The position numbers and the translations under genes are program-made. A model generated the notes under the pieces. It saw only the letters and a program-made list of their open reading frames with translations, was not told where the DNA came from and made no database searches. DNA of 32,000 nucleotides, from the NCBI RefSeq assembly GCF_000009705.1, contig NC_003272.1, positions 3,510,001 to 3,542,000 on the forward strand, read 5' to 3'. Shown here one piece after another: positions 17,796 to 27,721 of the stretch. How positions within the stretch are numbered: position 1 is the stretch's first letter; each line of letters opens with the position of its first letter. The DNA comes from Nostoc sp. PCC 7120 = FACHB-418. Lineage in GTDB: Bacteria; Cyanobacteriota; Cyanobacteriia; Cyanobacteriales; Nostocaceae.

Positions 17796-17816
17796 GTAGG
17801 GGATTGGGGACTGGGT
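17796..17816. repeat. STRR heptamer array (RYTGGGG x 3)
   Basis: gtagggg attgggg actgggt read directly after the stop at 17791. Confidence 0.7.
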
Positions 17817-17928
17817 AAATTTTTCTCCCCTGCTCCCCTGCCTCATCTCCTCATTGCCTGCATTGATGGAACAATGACTGATACCCTGGTAATTAGGGCA
17901 AAATTTTATCAGATAAATTTTTCTATCA

Positions 17929-18435
17929 ATGAATTACCTTGTAGCCGTATTACCAGATCGCATCCAAGCAGAAGCTGCTTACTTAGCCTTAGAAAGAGAA
18001 GGTATTAATAGCACTATCTTAGGTAGAGGATATAAAACTGCTGATGAGTTTGGCTTGATTGATCCCAATCTCCAAGCTAAAAAGCAAGTACAGTTAATGG
18101 CATATTGGTTAGTGCCATTCGGCTTTTTCGCCGGTTTTACCTTTAGCTACATCACTGGTTTGAATACCTTCGCCTGGGCGGGTGAAATTGGTAATCACGT
18201 TGTTGGCGGTATTTTAGGCGCTGCTAGTGGTGCTATGGGTAGTGTAGTTGTTGGCGGAGGAGTGGGCTTAATTATTGGTGGTGGTGACGCTTTACCTTAC
18301 CGTAATCGCTTAGATGCAGGTAAATATTTAGTTGTAGTTCAAGGTTCGGAAACTCTGTCTCGCCAAGCAACCCGAATATTGCGTCAGTTTGAGCCAGAAA
18401 ATATCCAAGGTTACGCTGATACAAGTCCTGTGTGA
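17929..18435 (+). CDS. Hypothetical membrane protein with a glycine-zipper-like segment
   Basis: 168 aa. A soluble N-terminal domain, a TM segment (LMAYWLVPFGFFAGFTFSYI), a Gly-rich hydrophobic stretch (GGILGAASGAMGSVVVGGGVGLIIGGG) and a C-terminal domain resembling the N-terminal one. Confidence 0.6.
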   Translation: MNYLVAVLPDRIQAEAAYLALEREGINSTILGRGYKTADEFGLIDPNLQAKKQVQLMAYWLVPFGFFAGFTFSYITGLNTFAWAGEIGNHVVGGILGAASGAMGSVVVGGGVGLIIGGGDALPYRNRLDAGKYLVVVQGSETLSRQATRILRQFEPENIQGYADTSPV

Positions 18436-18437
18436 GG

Positions 18438-18538
18438 AATTGGGGATTGGAAACTGGGGACTGGGGACTAAGGATTAGGTAAGTATCGGAAGATAACAAC
18501 CGACAACCAACAACTGACAACTGACAACCGACAACCGA
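18438..18538. repeat. Two adjacent STRR arrays of different families (GACTGGG-type x 6 at 18438-18479; CAACCGA/CAACTGA-type x 6 at 18497-18538)
   Basis: Tandem heptamers read directly; they fill most of the 113-bp spacer. Confidence 0.9.
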
Positions 18539-18548
18539 CTATATAAAA

Positions 18549-19328
18549 ATGTTGCCACGAGAAGAACTTTTAAAGGGTGTTGAAAATCGAGATAGTGTAG
18601 CTCGTGTAATTGATCAAGCAGAGCAAGCTATTAAGACTTGGGAAGTGGTTGTGACAGATTTTTTGTCTCCGCCAGAGTTGGCAGAGATTCAACGGGTGTT
18701 TAGTCGGTTAACAGACGTGCAGTTGGTGGCTTGGGGTGGATATCCGCAAGCAGAACGCCAAAGATTAGCGATCGCCCGTGCTGAGTTACCCTTAGATCAA
18801 TCTCAAGTTAGTCTTTTGGTGCTTGAAATCGCTGGTAATTTCCTATTTGACTCGGCGACTCACCGCGATTTTTTAGGCGCAATGCTGGGAACGGGGATTG
18901 TCAGGGAGAAAACTGGCGATATTATTGTTCTGGGTGAACGGGGAGCGCAAGCCATCGTTGTTCCAGAGTTGGCAGAATTTTTGCAAATTCATCTTAATCA
19001 GGTGCGTTCTGTTCCTGTAAAAACCCAACCCATTGAGCTAACTGAGTTAAAAGTTCGGGAACCGAAAAAGAAAGAATTGACTACAGTGGAAGCTTCTTTA
19101 CGGTTAGATGCGATCGCCTCTGCTGGTTTTGGGATGTCCCGTAGTAAGATGGTAGACTTCATTGATTCCGGTGATGTCCGTGTCAATTGGAAAGAAGTCA
19201 CCCAAGCTAGTTCACAAGTAAAATCGGGTGACTTAATCGCCATTCGCGGTAAAGGACGCTTAGAAGTTGGAGAAATTGCCGTGACGAAAAAAGAACGTTA
19301 TCGCGTCCAACTCACCAGGTATATGTAA
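18549..19328 (+). CDS. S4-domain RNA-binding protein (YlmH / photosystem II S4-domain protein family)
   Basis: 259 aa with a C-terminal S4 motif RLDAIASAGFGMSRSKMVDFIDSGDVRVNWKEV. Confidence 0.8.
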   Translation: MLPREELLKGVENRDSVARVIDQAEQAIKTWEVVVTDFLSPPELAEIQRVFSRLTDVQLVAWGGYPQAERQRLAIARAELPLDQSQVSLLVLEIAGNFLFDSATHRDFLGAMLGTGIVREKTGDIIVLGERGAQAIVVPELAEFLQIHLNQVRSVPVKTQPIELTELKVREPKKKELTTVEASLRLDAIASAGFGMSRSKMVDFIDSGDVRVNWKEVTQASSQVKSGDLIAIRGKGRLEVGEIAVTKKERYRVQLTRYM

Positions 19329-19349
19329 GTTGACAGTTGACAGTTGATA
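19329..19349. repeat. STRR heptamer array (GTTGACA x 3) making up the whole spacer between convergent genes
   Basis: gttgaca gttgaca gttgata lies between the TAA at 19326-19328 and the minus-strand TAG at 19351-19353. Confidence 0.85.
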
Positions 19350-19350
19350 A

Positions 19351-20127
19351 CTAAGCTTTGAAATGTTTAGCTAAAAGACTAAGCAAAGTTTTGCGCGGCA
19401 CAAGTCTAGCCACATTGCTTCTCAGTTGGGTACTGGTATCACTAATAATTACAGTTGGTTCCCAGTTTTCCAAGGCTTTGAGTGATTTCAAGACAACTTC
19501 CTCAGAACTCATTACCTTATTGGTGGTTTCCACCAAAGCCTGGGGAAAATTAGCCTCAGCAAAAAAGTCAGTTTCCGTTGGGCCTGGACAAGTAACTAAA
19601 ACACGAACACCATATTGGCGATTTTCTGCCCATAAAGCTTCACTAAAACTGACAATAAAAGCCTTACTCGCTGCATACACTGAAAGATAAGGTATCGGTT
19701 GAAAGCCTGCAATGGAAGCGACGTTAATAATACTTCCCGAACGGTTTTGACGCATTAAAGGCAAGAATCTATGGGTCAAATCTACCAATGCTAAAACGTT
19801 TAACTGGATAATTTTAATTTGTCTTGTGCGATCGCTTTGAGCAAAGTCACCATAATCACCAAAGCCAGCATTGTTAATTAAACAATCGATCGTCAATCCT
19901 TTGCTTTTTGTTATATCAAATACATCCGCGACCGCATCTATTTCTGTTAAGTCTTTAGCGATTACATCTACTTGAATTTTGTGTTGCTGTTGTAATTCTT
20001 GAGCTAATTGATGTAACTTATGTTGCGATCGCGCCACAAGTACAAGATTGGTCTGACGTGCAGCTAATTCTTGAGCAAAGGCTTTACCAATACCACCAGA
20101 AGCACCCGTAATTAAAGCAGTTGACAT
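19351..20127 (-). CDS. Short-chain dehydrogenase/reductase (SDR) family oxidoreductase
   Basis: TGASGGIGKAF cofactor motif, NNAG, and catalytic YAASKAF (YxxxK). I prefer the ATG at 20127 (MSTALITGASGG) over the TTG at 20172. Confidence 0.88.
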   Translation of the reverse strand: MSTALITGASGGIGKAFAQELAARQTNLVLVARSQHKLHQLAQELQQQHKIQVDVIAKDLTEIDAVADVFDITKSKGLTIDCLINNAGFGDYGDFAQSDRTRQIKIIQLNVLALVDLTHRFLPLMRQNRSGSIINVASIAGFQPIPYLSVYAASKAFIVSFSEALWAENRQYGVRVLVTCPGPTETDFFAEANFPQALVETTNKVMSSEEVVLKSLKALENWEPTVIISDTSTQLRSNVARLVPRKTLLSLLAKHFKA

Positions 20128-20183
20128 TTTAGATAATAAGTATTTTCTTATGCTACTTATAAATTTTAACAATAGATTTTTTG

Positions 20184-20200
20184 GTCATTAGTCATTAGTA
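20184..20200. repeat. STRR heptamer array (GTCATTA x 2.4)
   Basis: Read directly in the divergent intergenic region. Confidence 0.6.
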
Positions 20201-20310
20201 AAAATCTAGTACCGTAGACTATTGACCTGATTACACGCTGTTTTATTTCTGCCAGTTAATTTTTTAGGTAATCCTGGGAATACTAGTATCATAAGTTCTA
20301 TTTTATCTCT

Positions 20311-21807
20311 ATGTATCGCCTTAATCAAAGAGCCTGGAAACTATTGCTAGCAGAAGTGGAAAAATGTAGTGGTAATGACCAAGTTAGTAAGATTGAACGG
20401 GAAATAGTAAATAAAAGGTTAGAAAAGCTACGTTCAGAAAAAGGCTCTCCTGCACAGATAGACGAACTAAGAGATACAGTGGTGGACATATATCCACAAT
20501 TCAGTGAGAAAATCCTCAAGCAAGCTGCAAAAGCTAATCAAGCGCCTGGAATATTTACCAAAATCAAATGGACAGTAATTCTCGTGGGTAGTTCGGCGGG
20601 GATTGTCTGGGTAGTGAATTTACCTTATCCCATGATTCGCTGGCCTGTGGCGAGAACATTACCAATCCTACTGTTACCCAGCTATATGAGTATGGATTAT
20701 CACTATCGGGGAGTAATTCAAAATCTGGAGCAAGCTGACCAGTTAATTAATAAAGCTACGAGTTCATCTGATATTGAGGAGGGAGGAAAAAAGGTCAAAG
20801 AAGCACAAAAACATCTAGATAATCTACCAGTTTGGTTTTTGGGATATTATCCCCAGGCTTACTGTAGTTTGTTTGGTTGCAGTTGGCGATTCACTTTAGA
20901 TGAGTTTGAAGCAGCTCGTCAACGGACAGCGCGAATTAGTGCCGTTGTTTTTCAAGATAAGAACGCTTTAACACCTCTCAATCAAGGTGAACTAGCGATA
21001 GAATTGGCGAAAAAACAATATGAACAAGCTACTAATAGCAAAGATAGAGAACAGGCGATCGCTTCTTGGCAAGCAGGAATCGACCAGTTGGAAGAAATTC
21101 CCGCACAAACATTAGCCGCAAAAACCGCAAAAGCGAAGCTAAGAGCCTACACACGGGATTTTGAAAACGCTCGAATTGGTAGTTTCATTGTCGCGGCTCA
21201 AGAATTTGATCTCGCCGCCGAGAAAATCAAGCAAACACAGCCACAGACAGCCTCGGAATTATGGCAACAAGCCATGAATCGCATCAACCAAGTTCCCTTA
21301 GAAAACCCTAGATACTTGGAAGCACAAAAGTTATTAGCAATTTACCAAGGCAAAATTCAGGGCATTGTTGATCCTAAAAGTGGCAAATTGATTGAGGGAG
21401 CCAAACAATTCGCCTTGGCTGCTGCTCAAGCCTCCCAAAACCCACCACATACAGAAACACAATGGAGGCAAATTGCTAAACTGTGGTCAACAGCAATTGA
21501 GCAATTAGAAAATGTGCGCGTAGAAGAACCAGGTTATGTGGAAGCGCAGAAATTATTAGCAACGTACCAAACCAACTTAGGAATTATCGAAACTCGACTG
21601 CAAGCTGAAACTGAGTCGCAGTCATCACTGAAACAAGCTAATGAGCAAATTCAAAGTTTGATTGCTGCTCCTCCCTCCGACCCGCAACGGTTCCAAGGTC
21701 AAATACAAGGGATTATCAACCAACTCAACACTATCAAGCCGGGAACAACCGCCTACCCTGAAGGGCAAAGACTACTGGCTTTGGCGCAGAAGCGACTGAA
21801 ACAATAA
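20311..21807 (+). CDS. Hypothetical 498-aa membrane-anchored protein with four internal helical repeats
   Basis: One hydrophobic segment (WTVILVGSSAGIVWVV), then repeated motifs W-x2-A-x3-(I/L)-x2-(I/V)...(Y/P)xEAQKLLAxYQ (…RYLEAQKLLAIYQ, …GYVEAQKLLATYQ, …YPEGQRLLALAQ). No family name recognised. Confidence 0.7.
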   Translation: MYRLNQRAWKLLLAEVEKCSGNDQVSKIEREIVNKRLEKLRSEKGSPAQIDELRDTVVDIYPQFSEKILKQAAKANQAPGIFTKIKWTVILVGSSAGIVWVVNLPYPMIRWPVARTLPILLLPSYMSMDYHYRGVIQNLEQADQLINKATSSSDIEEGGKKVKEAQKHLDNLPVWFLGYYPQAYCSLFGCSWRFTLDEFEAARQRTARISAVVFQDKNALTPLNQGELAIELAKKQYEQATNSKDREQAIASWQAGIDQLEEIPAQTLAAKTAKAKLRAYTRDFENARIGSFIVAAQEFDLAAEKIKQTQPQTASELWQQAMNRINQVPLENPRYLEAQKLLAIYQGKIQGIVDPKSGKLIEGAKQFALAAAQASQNPPHTETQWRQIAKLWSTAIEQLENVRVEEPGYVEAQKLLATYQTNLGIIETRLQAETESQSSLKQANEQIQSLIAAPPSDPQRFQGQIQGIINQLNTIKPGTTAYPEGQRLLALAQKRLKQ

Positions 21808-21858
21808 AACTTTGCTTTTATGAAAAATGTGTGTTACTGTTATAAATCGTGTGGTTAA

Positions 21859-21932
<74 letters not shown>

Positions 21933-21947
21933 TAAAGTAAACATATC

Positions 21948-22754
21948 TTATTTGATTTGCAAAAACTTATCTAAGGCTGACACCATACTAGGCGGCCAGC
22001 GACGGATATTTTTTACCCAGTTCATATCTTTATATCGGGTATCTAAACCATAAGCCGCAACCCAGTTGCTTTCGGCTTCACCCTGTTGTCCGTTTACCCA
22101 GTAGATAGCTGTTAGGGCGGCGCGAACATCTGCGAAGTTGGGGTATTTACGAACAATATTACGCATTTCCCGGATTGCCTCATCTTTTTGCCCAGTTTCA
22201 TAGAGGGCAATAGCATAGTTGGCGCGGGCGAAGGCAAAGTTGGGGGCAATTTCAAAGGATTTTTGGTAATCAGCGATCGCTTCAGACCATTGCCCTAAAC
22301 CTGCTTTAGCATTACCCCGATTGTTATAGGCCATTGCATCGTTGGGGTCGAGTTCTAAGACATGATTATAATCGGCGATCGCTTCAGACCATTTCCCCAA
22401 GCCTTCTAATGCTGTACCCCGATTTAAATACGGATCGGTAACATTTGGGGCTAATTCTATAGCTTTGTTGAAATCTGTCAACGCGGCTTGTAACTTATTC
22501 TGACTCACCCGCGAATTGCCCCGATTACTCCAAGCCCCAGCATTAGTAGGGAAATTATCAATAATTCTTGTCCAATACTTTTCTGCGGTGACAAAATCAC
22601 CTTTATTTGTGGCAGTAAATGCCTGATTTTTCCATTCCTCCCCTTGTTCTATTTGTTCCTGGGTAATCCATGGTTGTTGAGATTGTGCCATGACTGGTGT
22701 AACCCAGCCAAATAAAACTAATAAGCTGAGAACAACACTAATTAACTTAATCAT
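21948..22754 (-). CDS. Secreted/periplasmic tetratricopeptide-repeat (TPR) protein
   Basis: Signal peptide MIKLISVVLSLLVLFGWVTPVMA, followed by at least 5 TPR-like units (…AYNNRGNAKAGLGQWSEAIADYQKSFEIAPN…). Confidence 0.85.
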   Translation of the reverse strand: MIKLISVVLSLLVLFGWVTPVMAQSQQPWITQEQIEQGEEWKNQAFTATNKGDFVTAEKYWTRIIDNFPTNAGAWSNRGNSRVSQNKLQAALTDFNKAIELAPNVTDPYLNRGTALEGLGKWSEAIADYNHVLELDPNDAMAYNNRGNAKAGLGQWSEAIADYQKSFEIAPNFAFARANYAIALYETGQKDEAIREMRNIVRKYPNFADVRAALTAIYWVNGQQGEAESNWVAAYGLDTRYKDMNWVKNIRRWPPSMVSALDKFLQIK

Positions 22755-22761
22755 TATCTGG

Positions 22762-22789
22762 GTTGACTGTTGACTGTTGACTGTTGACT
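22762..22789. repeat. STRR heptamer array (GTTGACT x 4)
   Basis: Perfect tandem heptamers between the TPR gene start and the ruvB stop. Confidence 0.9.
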
Positions 22790-22794
22790 AATTA

Positions 22795-23895
22795 CTACAG
22801 TAAAGATAGCTGCTCATTTGGTGGTGTAAAGCCCATGTGTTTATATGCGGCTTTGGTGGCTGTGCGACCACGGGGAGTCCGACTGAGATAGCCAATTTGC
22901 ATCAGGTAAGGTTCGTATACTTCTTCTATTGTTTGGGTATCTTCTCCGGTAGCGGCGGCGATTGTTTCTAAACCTACGGGGCCACCGTTAAACTGCTCGA
23001 TAATCACACTGAGCATTCGGCGGTCTGTCCAATCGAGTCCGCATGGGTCTACTTGAAATAGCTGTAGTGCTTCGGCGGCAATGTTTTGGCTAACTTCTGC
23101 ACAGGATTTTACCTGTGCATAATCGCGGACGCGTTTAAGTAAGCGATTGGCAATACGTGGTGTTCCCCGTGAACGACGGGCAATTTCTGTGGCTCCGTCG
23201 TCGGTAACTTGGGTTTGGAGTAACTGAGCGCTCCGCAGGACTATTTGACTGAGTTCGTCAACTTCGTAAAAGCGCAGTTTTTGAATTAAGCCGAAGCGAT
23301 CGCGCAGTGGTGAAGTTAATGCACCCACGCGGGTTGTTGCCCCCACTAAGGTAAACTTGGACAAAGGTATACTCCGAATCCGGGCGCTGGAACCTTTACC
23401 CACCGTGATATCTAAGCGGTAGTCTTCCATTGCCGGATAGAGAATTTCTTCGGTCATCCGCGAAAGTCGATGGATTTCATCAATAAATAAAATATCACCG
23501 GGTTTGAGGTTCACTAGTAGCCCGACAATATCCCTGGGACGTTCTAAAGCAGGCGCACTAGTGATTTTGTAATTGACTCCCATTTCCGAAGCTAATATCA
23601 TTGCCATTGTTGTTTTACCCAATCCTGGCGGGCCATACAGTAGCAAGTGATCCAAAACTTCACCCCGCGACTTGGCTGCTTTGATGGCAATGTCCAGCAC
23701 GTCTTTCAGGTCTTTCTGCCCGATGTAGTCGGCAAATCTTTGTGGTCTGATACTTTCTTCTTGCTTACCTTGCTCATCAATAGCAGCTTCAGGTTGCAAA
23801 ACCTTCTCTTTGGGAACGGATGGTGCTGACTCCGGGCGCTTGTTTGGTTGTCCGTTGGGTTCTGGGGGCTGTTTTTTTGAGGAGATGATCGCCAT
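22795..23895 (-). CDS. ruvB: Holliday junction branch migration helicase RuvB
   Basis: Walker [10 protein letters not shown], Walker [11 protein letters not shown], and characteristic RuvB segments ([26 protein letters not shown]). Confidence 0.95.
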   Translation of the reverse strand: MAIISSKKQPPEPNGQPNKRPESAPSVPKEKVLQPEAAIDEQGKQEESIRPQRFADYIGQKDLKDVLDIAIKAAKSRGEVLDHLLLYGPPGLGKTTMAMILASEMGVNYKITSAPALERPRDIVGLLVNLKPGDILFIDEIHRLSRMTEEILYPAMEDYRLDITVGKGSSARIRSIPLSKFTLVGATTRVGALTSPLRDRFGLIQKLRFYEVDELSQIVLRSAQLLQTQVTDDGATEIARRSRGTPRIANRLLKRVRDYAQVKSCAEVSQNIAAEALQLFQVDPCGLDWTDRRMLSVIIEQFNGGPVGLETIAAATGEDTQTIEEVYEPYLMQIGYLSRTPRGRTATKAAYKHMGFTPPNEQLSLL

Positions 23896-23937
23896 AATTC
23901 AGCTTGCAACTCTAAGTTTAGGACTGTTTGCGTTAAT

Positions 23938-23980
23938 TCTTCGCCGTAATACTGGTAGTAGAAATGGCGGCGAAGATTTT
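23938..23980 (+). other. Terminator-like stem-loop in the ruvB/hisF divergent spacer
   Basis: TCTTCGCCG (23938-23946) pairs perfectly with CGGCGAAGA (23968-23976) around a 21-nt loop, followed by TTTT (23977-23980). It lies 70 nt upstream of the hisF ATG. Confidence 0.4.
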
Positions 23981-24049
23981 AGTGAGAAAATACACAGGTC
24001 AATTTAAAATTTAAATTCCGGACAATTACCCAGGAGTAAAAAAATTATT

Positions 24050-24829
24050 ATGTTATCTAAAAGAATCTTACCTTGTTTAGATGTGAAGGCGGGACGGGTA
24101 GTTAAAGGAGTTAACTTTGTTGATCTTAAGGATGCTGGCGATCCTGTAGAACTGGCGAAGGTTTACAACGATGCTGGGGCTGATGAGTTAGTGTTTCTGG
24201 ATATTACGGCTACTCATGAAGACCGAGATACTATCATTGACGTTGTTTACCGGACTGCCGAGCAGGTCTTTATTCCCCTGACTGTAGGTGGTGGTATTCA
24301 ATCCTTAGAAAATGTTAAAGCTTTGTTACGCGCTGGGGCAGACAAGGTTAGTATTAACTCTGCGGCGGTACGTGACCCAGAATTAATTGATCGAGCGAGC
24401 GATCACTTTGGTAATCAGTGCATTGTTGTAGCAATTGATGCTAGACGCAGAGTAGATCCTAGTAATCCCGGCTGGGATGTTTACGTGCGTGGTGGTAGGG
24501 AAAACACTGGTTTAGATGCCTTATCATGGGCGAAGGAAGTAGAAAAGCGGGGTGCAGGAGAACTATTGGTAACAAGTATGGATGCTGATGGTACTCAAGC
24601 CGGTTATGATATCGAGTTAACACGGGCAATTGCTGAGTCAGTAGAAATACCAGTCGTTGCCTCCGGTGGTGCGGGTAACTGTGAACATATATACACTGCC
24701 TTAACTGAAGGGAAAGCGGAAGCTGCGTTATTGGCATCGCTGCTACATTATGGTCAACTCAGCGTGGCTGAAATTAAGAATTATTTGCACGAGAGCCAAG
24801 TTCCTGTCCGCTTATACACACAGTTCTAA
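24050..24829 (+). CDS. hisF: Imidazole glycerol phosphate synthase cyclase subunit HisF
   Basis: Typical HisF sequence: [44 protein letters not shown]. Confidence 0.95.
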   Translation: MLSKRILPCLDVKAGRVVKGVNFVDLKDAGDPVELAKVYNDAGADELVFLDITATHEDRDTIIDVVYRTAEQVFIPLTVGGGIQSLENVKALLRAGADKVSINSAAVRDPELIDRASDHFGNQCIVVAIDARRRVDPSNPGWDVYVRGGRENTGLDALSWAKEVEKRGAGELLVTSMDADGTQAGYDIELTRAIAESVEIPVVASGGAGNCEHIYTALTEGKAEAALLASLLHYGQLSVAEIKNYLHESQVPVRLYTQF

Positions 24830-24928
24830 AGACATCATGGAATTTACATTACGTCTAGCACAAGTCGGGTACAGTTCTCGAAAAGGATGTTAAGATTGTT
24901 TTACAAGTATTAATAAATATTAAAAAAT

Positions 24929-25120
24929 ATGTTGATTCCTATTTTATTATTTGATGTGGCGCTGGTGGCTTGGTCACTGCACCTAATGGAGAAGGCTGTA
25001 GAACATAAGGAATTCTCTCTCATGTTGGCAGGCACATTGGTGGCGTTAGCTGCTGCGGCTATGTTAGTAGTCTACTTTCTCATGGGGCATTGCATGAGCT
25101 ATTTGTTACAAGTTAAGTAA
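24929..25120 (+). CDS. Possible small two-TM membrane protein (63 aa)
   Basis: The only ORF in this gap, with two clear hydrophobic helices. No other support. Confidence 0.35.
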   Translation: MLIPILLFDVALVAWSLHLMEKAVEHKEFSLMLAGTLVALAAAAMLVVYFLMGHCMSYLLQVK

Positions 25121-25276
25121 TCGGTACCCACAAGCCAAGATCATGAGATCGTATTTATGATATTGATTAAATTTGAGGAACTTGTGAGGAATTCGGGATT
25201 GGCAAATAAAAAATCACCAATCACCGCATCAGATGGAGAGTAGGGAATCTTTACGCATTACCAATTTGCACAAATA

Positions 25277-27217
25277 TTATTTATACAAAAGTAATTTAAT
25301 AGTGAAAGTAGTTCCTTGTCCTTCACCAGGGCTAGTGACATGAATCGCCCCACCGTGTAATTCTATGAGATAACGGGCGATCGCTAACCCTAAACCCAAA
25401 CCATGTTGTTTATGTTGGCAGTCTGCTTGACGGTAGCGATCAAAAACGTAGGGTAAAAATTCTGACTTAATACCAATACCTGTATCAGTAACCGTGATAT
25501 GGGCTTCAGAGTCTGTATATGATAGTTGGACTGTGATCTGTCCCTCTGGGGGTGTGAACTTAATCGCATTTGAGAGCAGATTGCCTAAAACTTGTAACAA
25601 GCGATTGATATCACCAGGAATCAGTGGAATTGATTCATCTATCACAGACTTTAAATGAATATTCTTAGCTTTTGCTGAGGGATAAGCAGTCTCAATTGCT
25701 ACACCAATAATGGCAGCTAAATCTACTTGGCAAAATTCCAACTGTAACTTACCTCTGAGGACACGAGACATATCCAGTAAGTCTTCCAAAAGTTTTGACT
25801 GTGATTGAGCATTGCGTTCAATGGTTTCTAAGGCACGGGTAAATGTGGTTTCATCAAGCTGGCGAGTACGTAGCAATTGTGACCAACCGAGAATTGCATT
25901 CAGAGGCGATCGCAAATCATGAGATACCATGGCCACAAACTCGTCTTTTGTGTGATTGGCGGCTTCCGCTTCTGCACGAGCTAATTTTTCTAATTGCAAT
26001 AGTTGGTTGCGTTCTGTTTCCGCACGTTTGCGATCGCTAATATCGGTTGTACTGCCGACTACTCGCACTGGCTGGCCATTTTCATCTCTGGTGATTACCC
26101 CTTGGTCTAATACGTATAAATACTGTTTGTTTTTGTGTCGAATGCGATATTCAAAAGTATAACGATTTTGATTAACAGGTAAATTTTGGAATTGCTGAAC
26201 CAAAAAATCCTGGTCTTCAGGATGAATTTGCTCTTGCCACCATTCAATAGTTGGGGTGGCTTCCTCCACAGAGTAGCCTAAAATCCGCGTCAGTCCCTCC
26301 GTTCTGGTCACCGTACCTTTTTTTACATCCCATTCATAAATGAGAGCATTAATGGCGGCGGCTGCTAGTCGGAAACGTTCATTGCTAGAGCGCAGTTCTT
26401 CTTCAACTTGCTTACGAGCAGTGATATCAAAGGCTGTACCAACTATTTGGCGTGGTGAACCATCAGCATTCCTCGTGAACACGGAATTACGACTAAAAAA
26501 CCAACACCATCCACCATTAGCGTGGTGCATCCTATACTCATGTTCGATGATATCCCCATCTTTGGCTGAGTCAAATTGCTGAAATACTTGCGGAAGTTGA
26601 ACTAAATCCTCAGGGTGCATTAATTTGATGAGAAATTCTTTTCCCAAATCTTGAATCGTTTGGGGAGTATAACCTAATAAATCTCCAACCTTACCATTGA
26701 GATAAACATTGCGCTTTTCGACTAAATCGTAAACGTATAGAATTCCCGGAGTGGTTTCTGCAATGCGTTTAATAAATTTTTGGCTATTGTGTAATTGCTC
26801 CTCACTCCGGGAGAGTTCTTGACGTAATCGCGTTTGGATAATTGCTGAGTGGAGAGTTGAGCGTAAACGTTCTGCTGTTGTTTGTTCTTTTACCAGATAG
26901 TCATGAACACCACTTTTCATTGCTTGTACGGCGATCGCTTCATTACCGTAACCAGTTAACATGACTATAGCTGGCATACTTCCCTTGACCAGCTTTTGTA
27001 ATTCAGCCAGAAATTCTAGTCCATCTTGGTCTGGCAGTAAAAAGTCTAATAAAATTACATCAGGTTGCAACTGCCGACATAATTCCAGTGCTTCCTCTCC
27101 TGAGTCTTTTTCCAGAATTGTATAGTTATGCTCTTGGTCTTGCTGGAGATAGCGGCGATAAACTTGGCGATCTTCAACACAATCATCAATAATTAGAACG
27201 GTTAGCGGTTGTGCCAT
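25277..27217 (-). CDS. Hybrid sensor: N-terminal receiver, two PAS domains, HisKA and HATPase
   Basis: REC with an intact acceptor context (VILLDFLLPDQDG), two PAS-like blocks, H-box VSHDLRSPLNAILG, and ATPase motifs DTGIGI and GLGLGLAI. Its ATG is 2 nt after the upstream response-regulator stop. Confidence 0.9.
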   Translation of the reverse strand: MAQPLTVLIIDDCVEDRQVYRRYLQQDQEHNYTILEKDSGEEALELCRQLQPDVILLDFLLPDQDGLEFLAELQKLVKGSMPAIVMLTGYGNEAIAVQAMKSGVHDYLVKEQTTAERLRSTLHSAIIQTRLRQELSRSEEQLHNSQKFIKRIAETTPGILYVYDLVEKRNVYLNGKVGDLLGYTPQTIQDLGKEFLIKLMHPEDLVQLPQVFQQFDSAKDGDIIEHEYRMHHANGGWCWFFSRNSVFTRNADGSPRQIVGTAFDITARKQVEEELRSSNERFRLAAAAINALIYEWDVKKGTVTRTEGLTRILGYSVEEATPTIEWWQEQIHPEDQDFLVQQFQNLPVNQNRYTFEYRIRHKNKQYLYVLDQGVITRDENGQPVRVVGSTTDISDRKRAETERNQLLQLEKLARAEAEAANHTKDEFVAMVSHDLRSPLNAILGWSQLLRTRQLDETTFTRALETIERNAQSQSKLLEDLLDMSRVLRGKLQLEFCQVDLAAIIGVAIETAYPSAKAKNIHLKSVIDESIPLIPGDINRLLQVLGNLLSNAIKFTPPEGQITVQLSYTDSEAHITVTDTGIGIKSEFLPYVFDRYRQADCQHKQHGLGLGLAIARYLIELHGGAIHVTSPGEGQGTTFTIKLLLYK

Positions 27218-27219
27218 GA

Positions 27220-27717
27220 CTAATTGCTAACAGCATCAGGAAGAATCACAATATCTAACCAGTAAGTTAAAAAACTGTGAATTGTTTTAACTAAACGGTT
27301 TATATCTATAGGCTTAAGGATATAACTAGCGACGCAATATCGGTAACATATTTCAATATCTTTAGGATTACAAGAAGTTGTGAGGACAATCACAGGAATA
27401 TGTCTCAGGTTATGATCCTGTTTAATTTGGGCTAATACTTCTCGTCCATCAGTTCCCGGTAAATTAAGATCAAGCAAAATAATCGAGGGACAAGGAGCCA
27501 TTTCCAGGTTGAGATAAGCTCCTGCATGGTAGAGAAAATCTAAAGCATCCTCGCCATCAGTGCAACGAAAAACAGGATTTAACACTACTTCTCGTTGCAT
27601 GACTCGCTGGAAGGCTTCAAAGTCTTCGTCGCTATCTTCAATTACTAATAAAGGTTGGGTGTTGTTACCAATCATCTGGGGAGTGCTTAAAAGTTCTCTA
27701 AATTTTGAATTGGTCAT
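27220..27717 (-). CDS. Single-domain CheY-like response regulator (Rcp-like phytochrome partner)
   Basis: [35 protein letters not shown] and KP motifs. The ATG at 27717 lies 4 nt after the phytochrome stop. The longer track ORF (to 27807) would overlap the phytochrome by 86 nt. Confidence 0.85.
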   Translation of the reverse strand: MTNSKFRELLSTPQMIGNNTQPLLVIEDSDEDFEAFQRVMQREVVLNPVFRCTDGEDALDFLYHAGAYLNLEMAPCPSIILLDLNLPGTDGREVLAQIKQDHNLRHIPVIVLTTSCNPKDIEICYRYCVASYILKPIDINRLVKTIHSFLTYWLDIVILPDAVSN

Positions 27718-27721
27718 GTTG

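Noticed and set aside
17778-18008. 76-aa ORF bridging the two small hypothetical genes.
   Set aside because: It reads through an STRR array and overlaps both better-supported neighbours in another frame.
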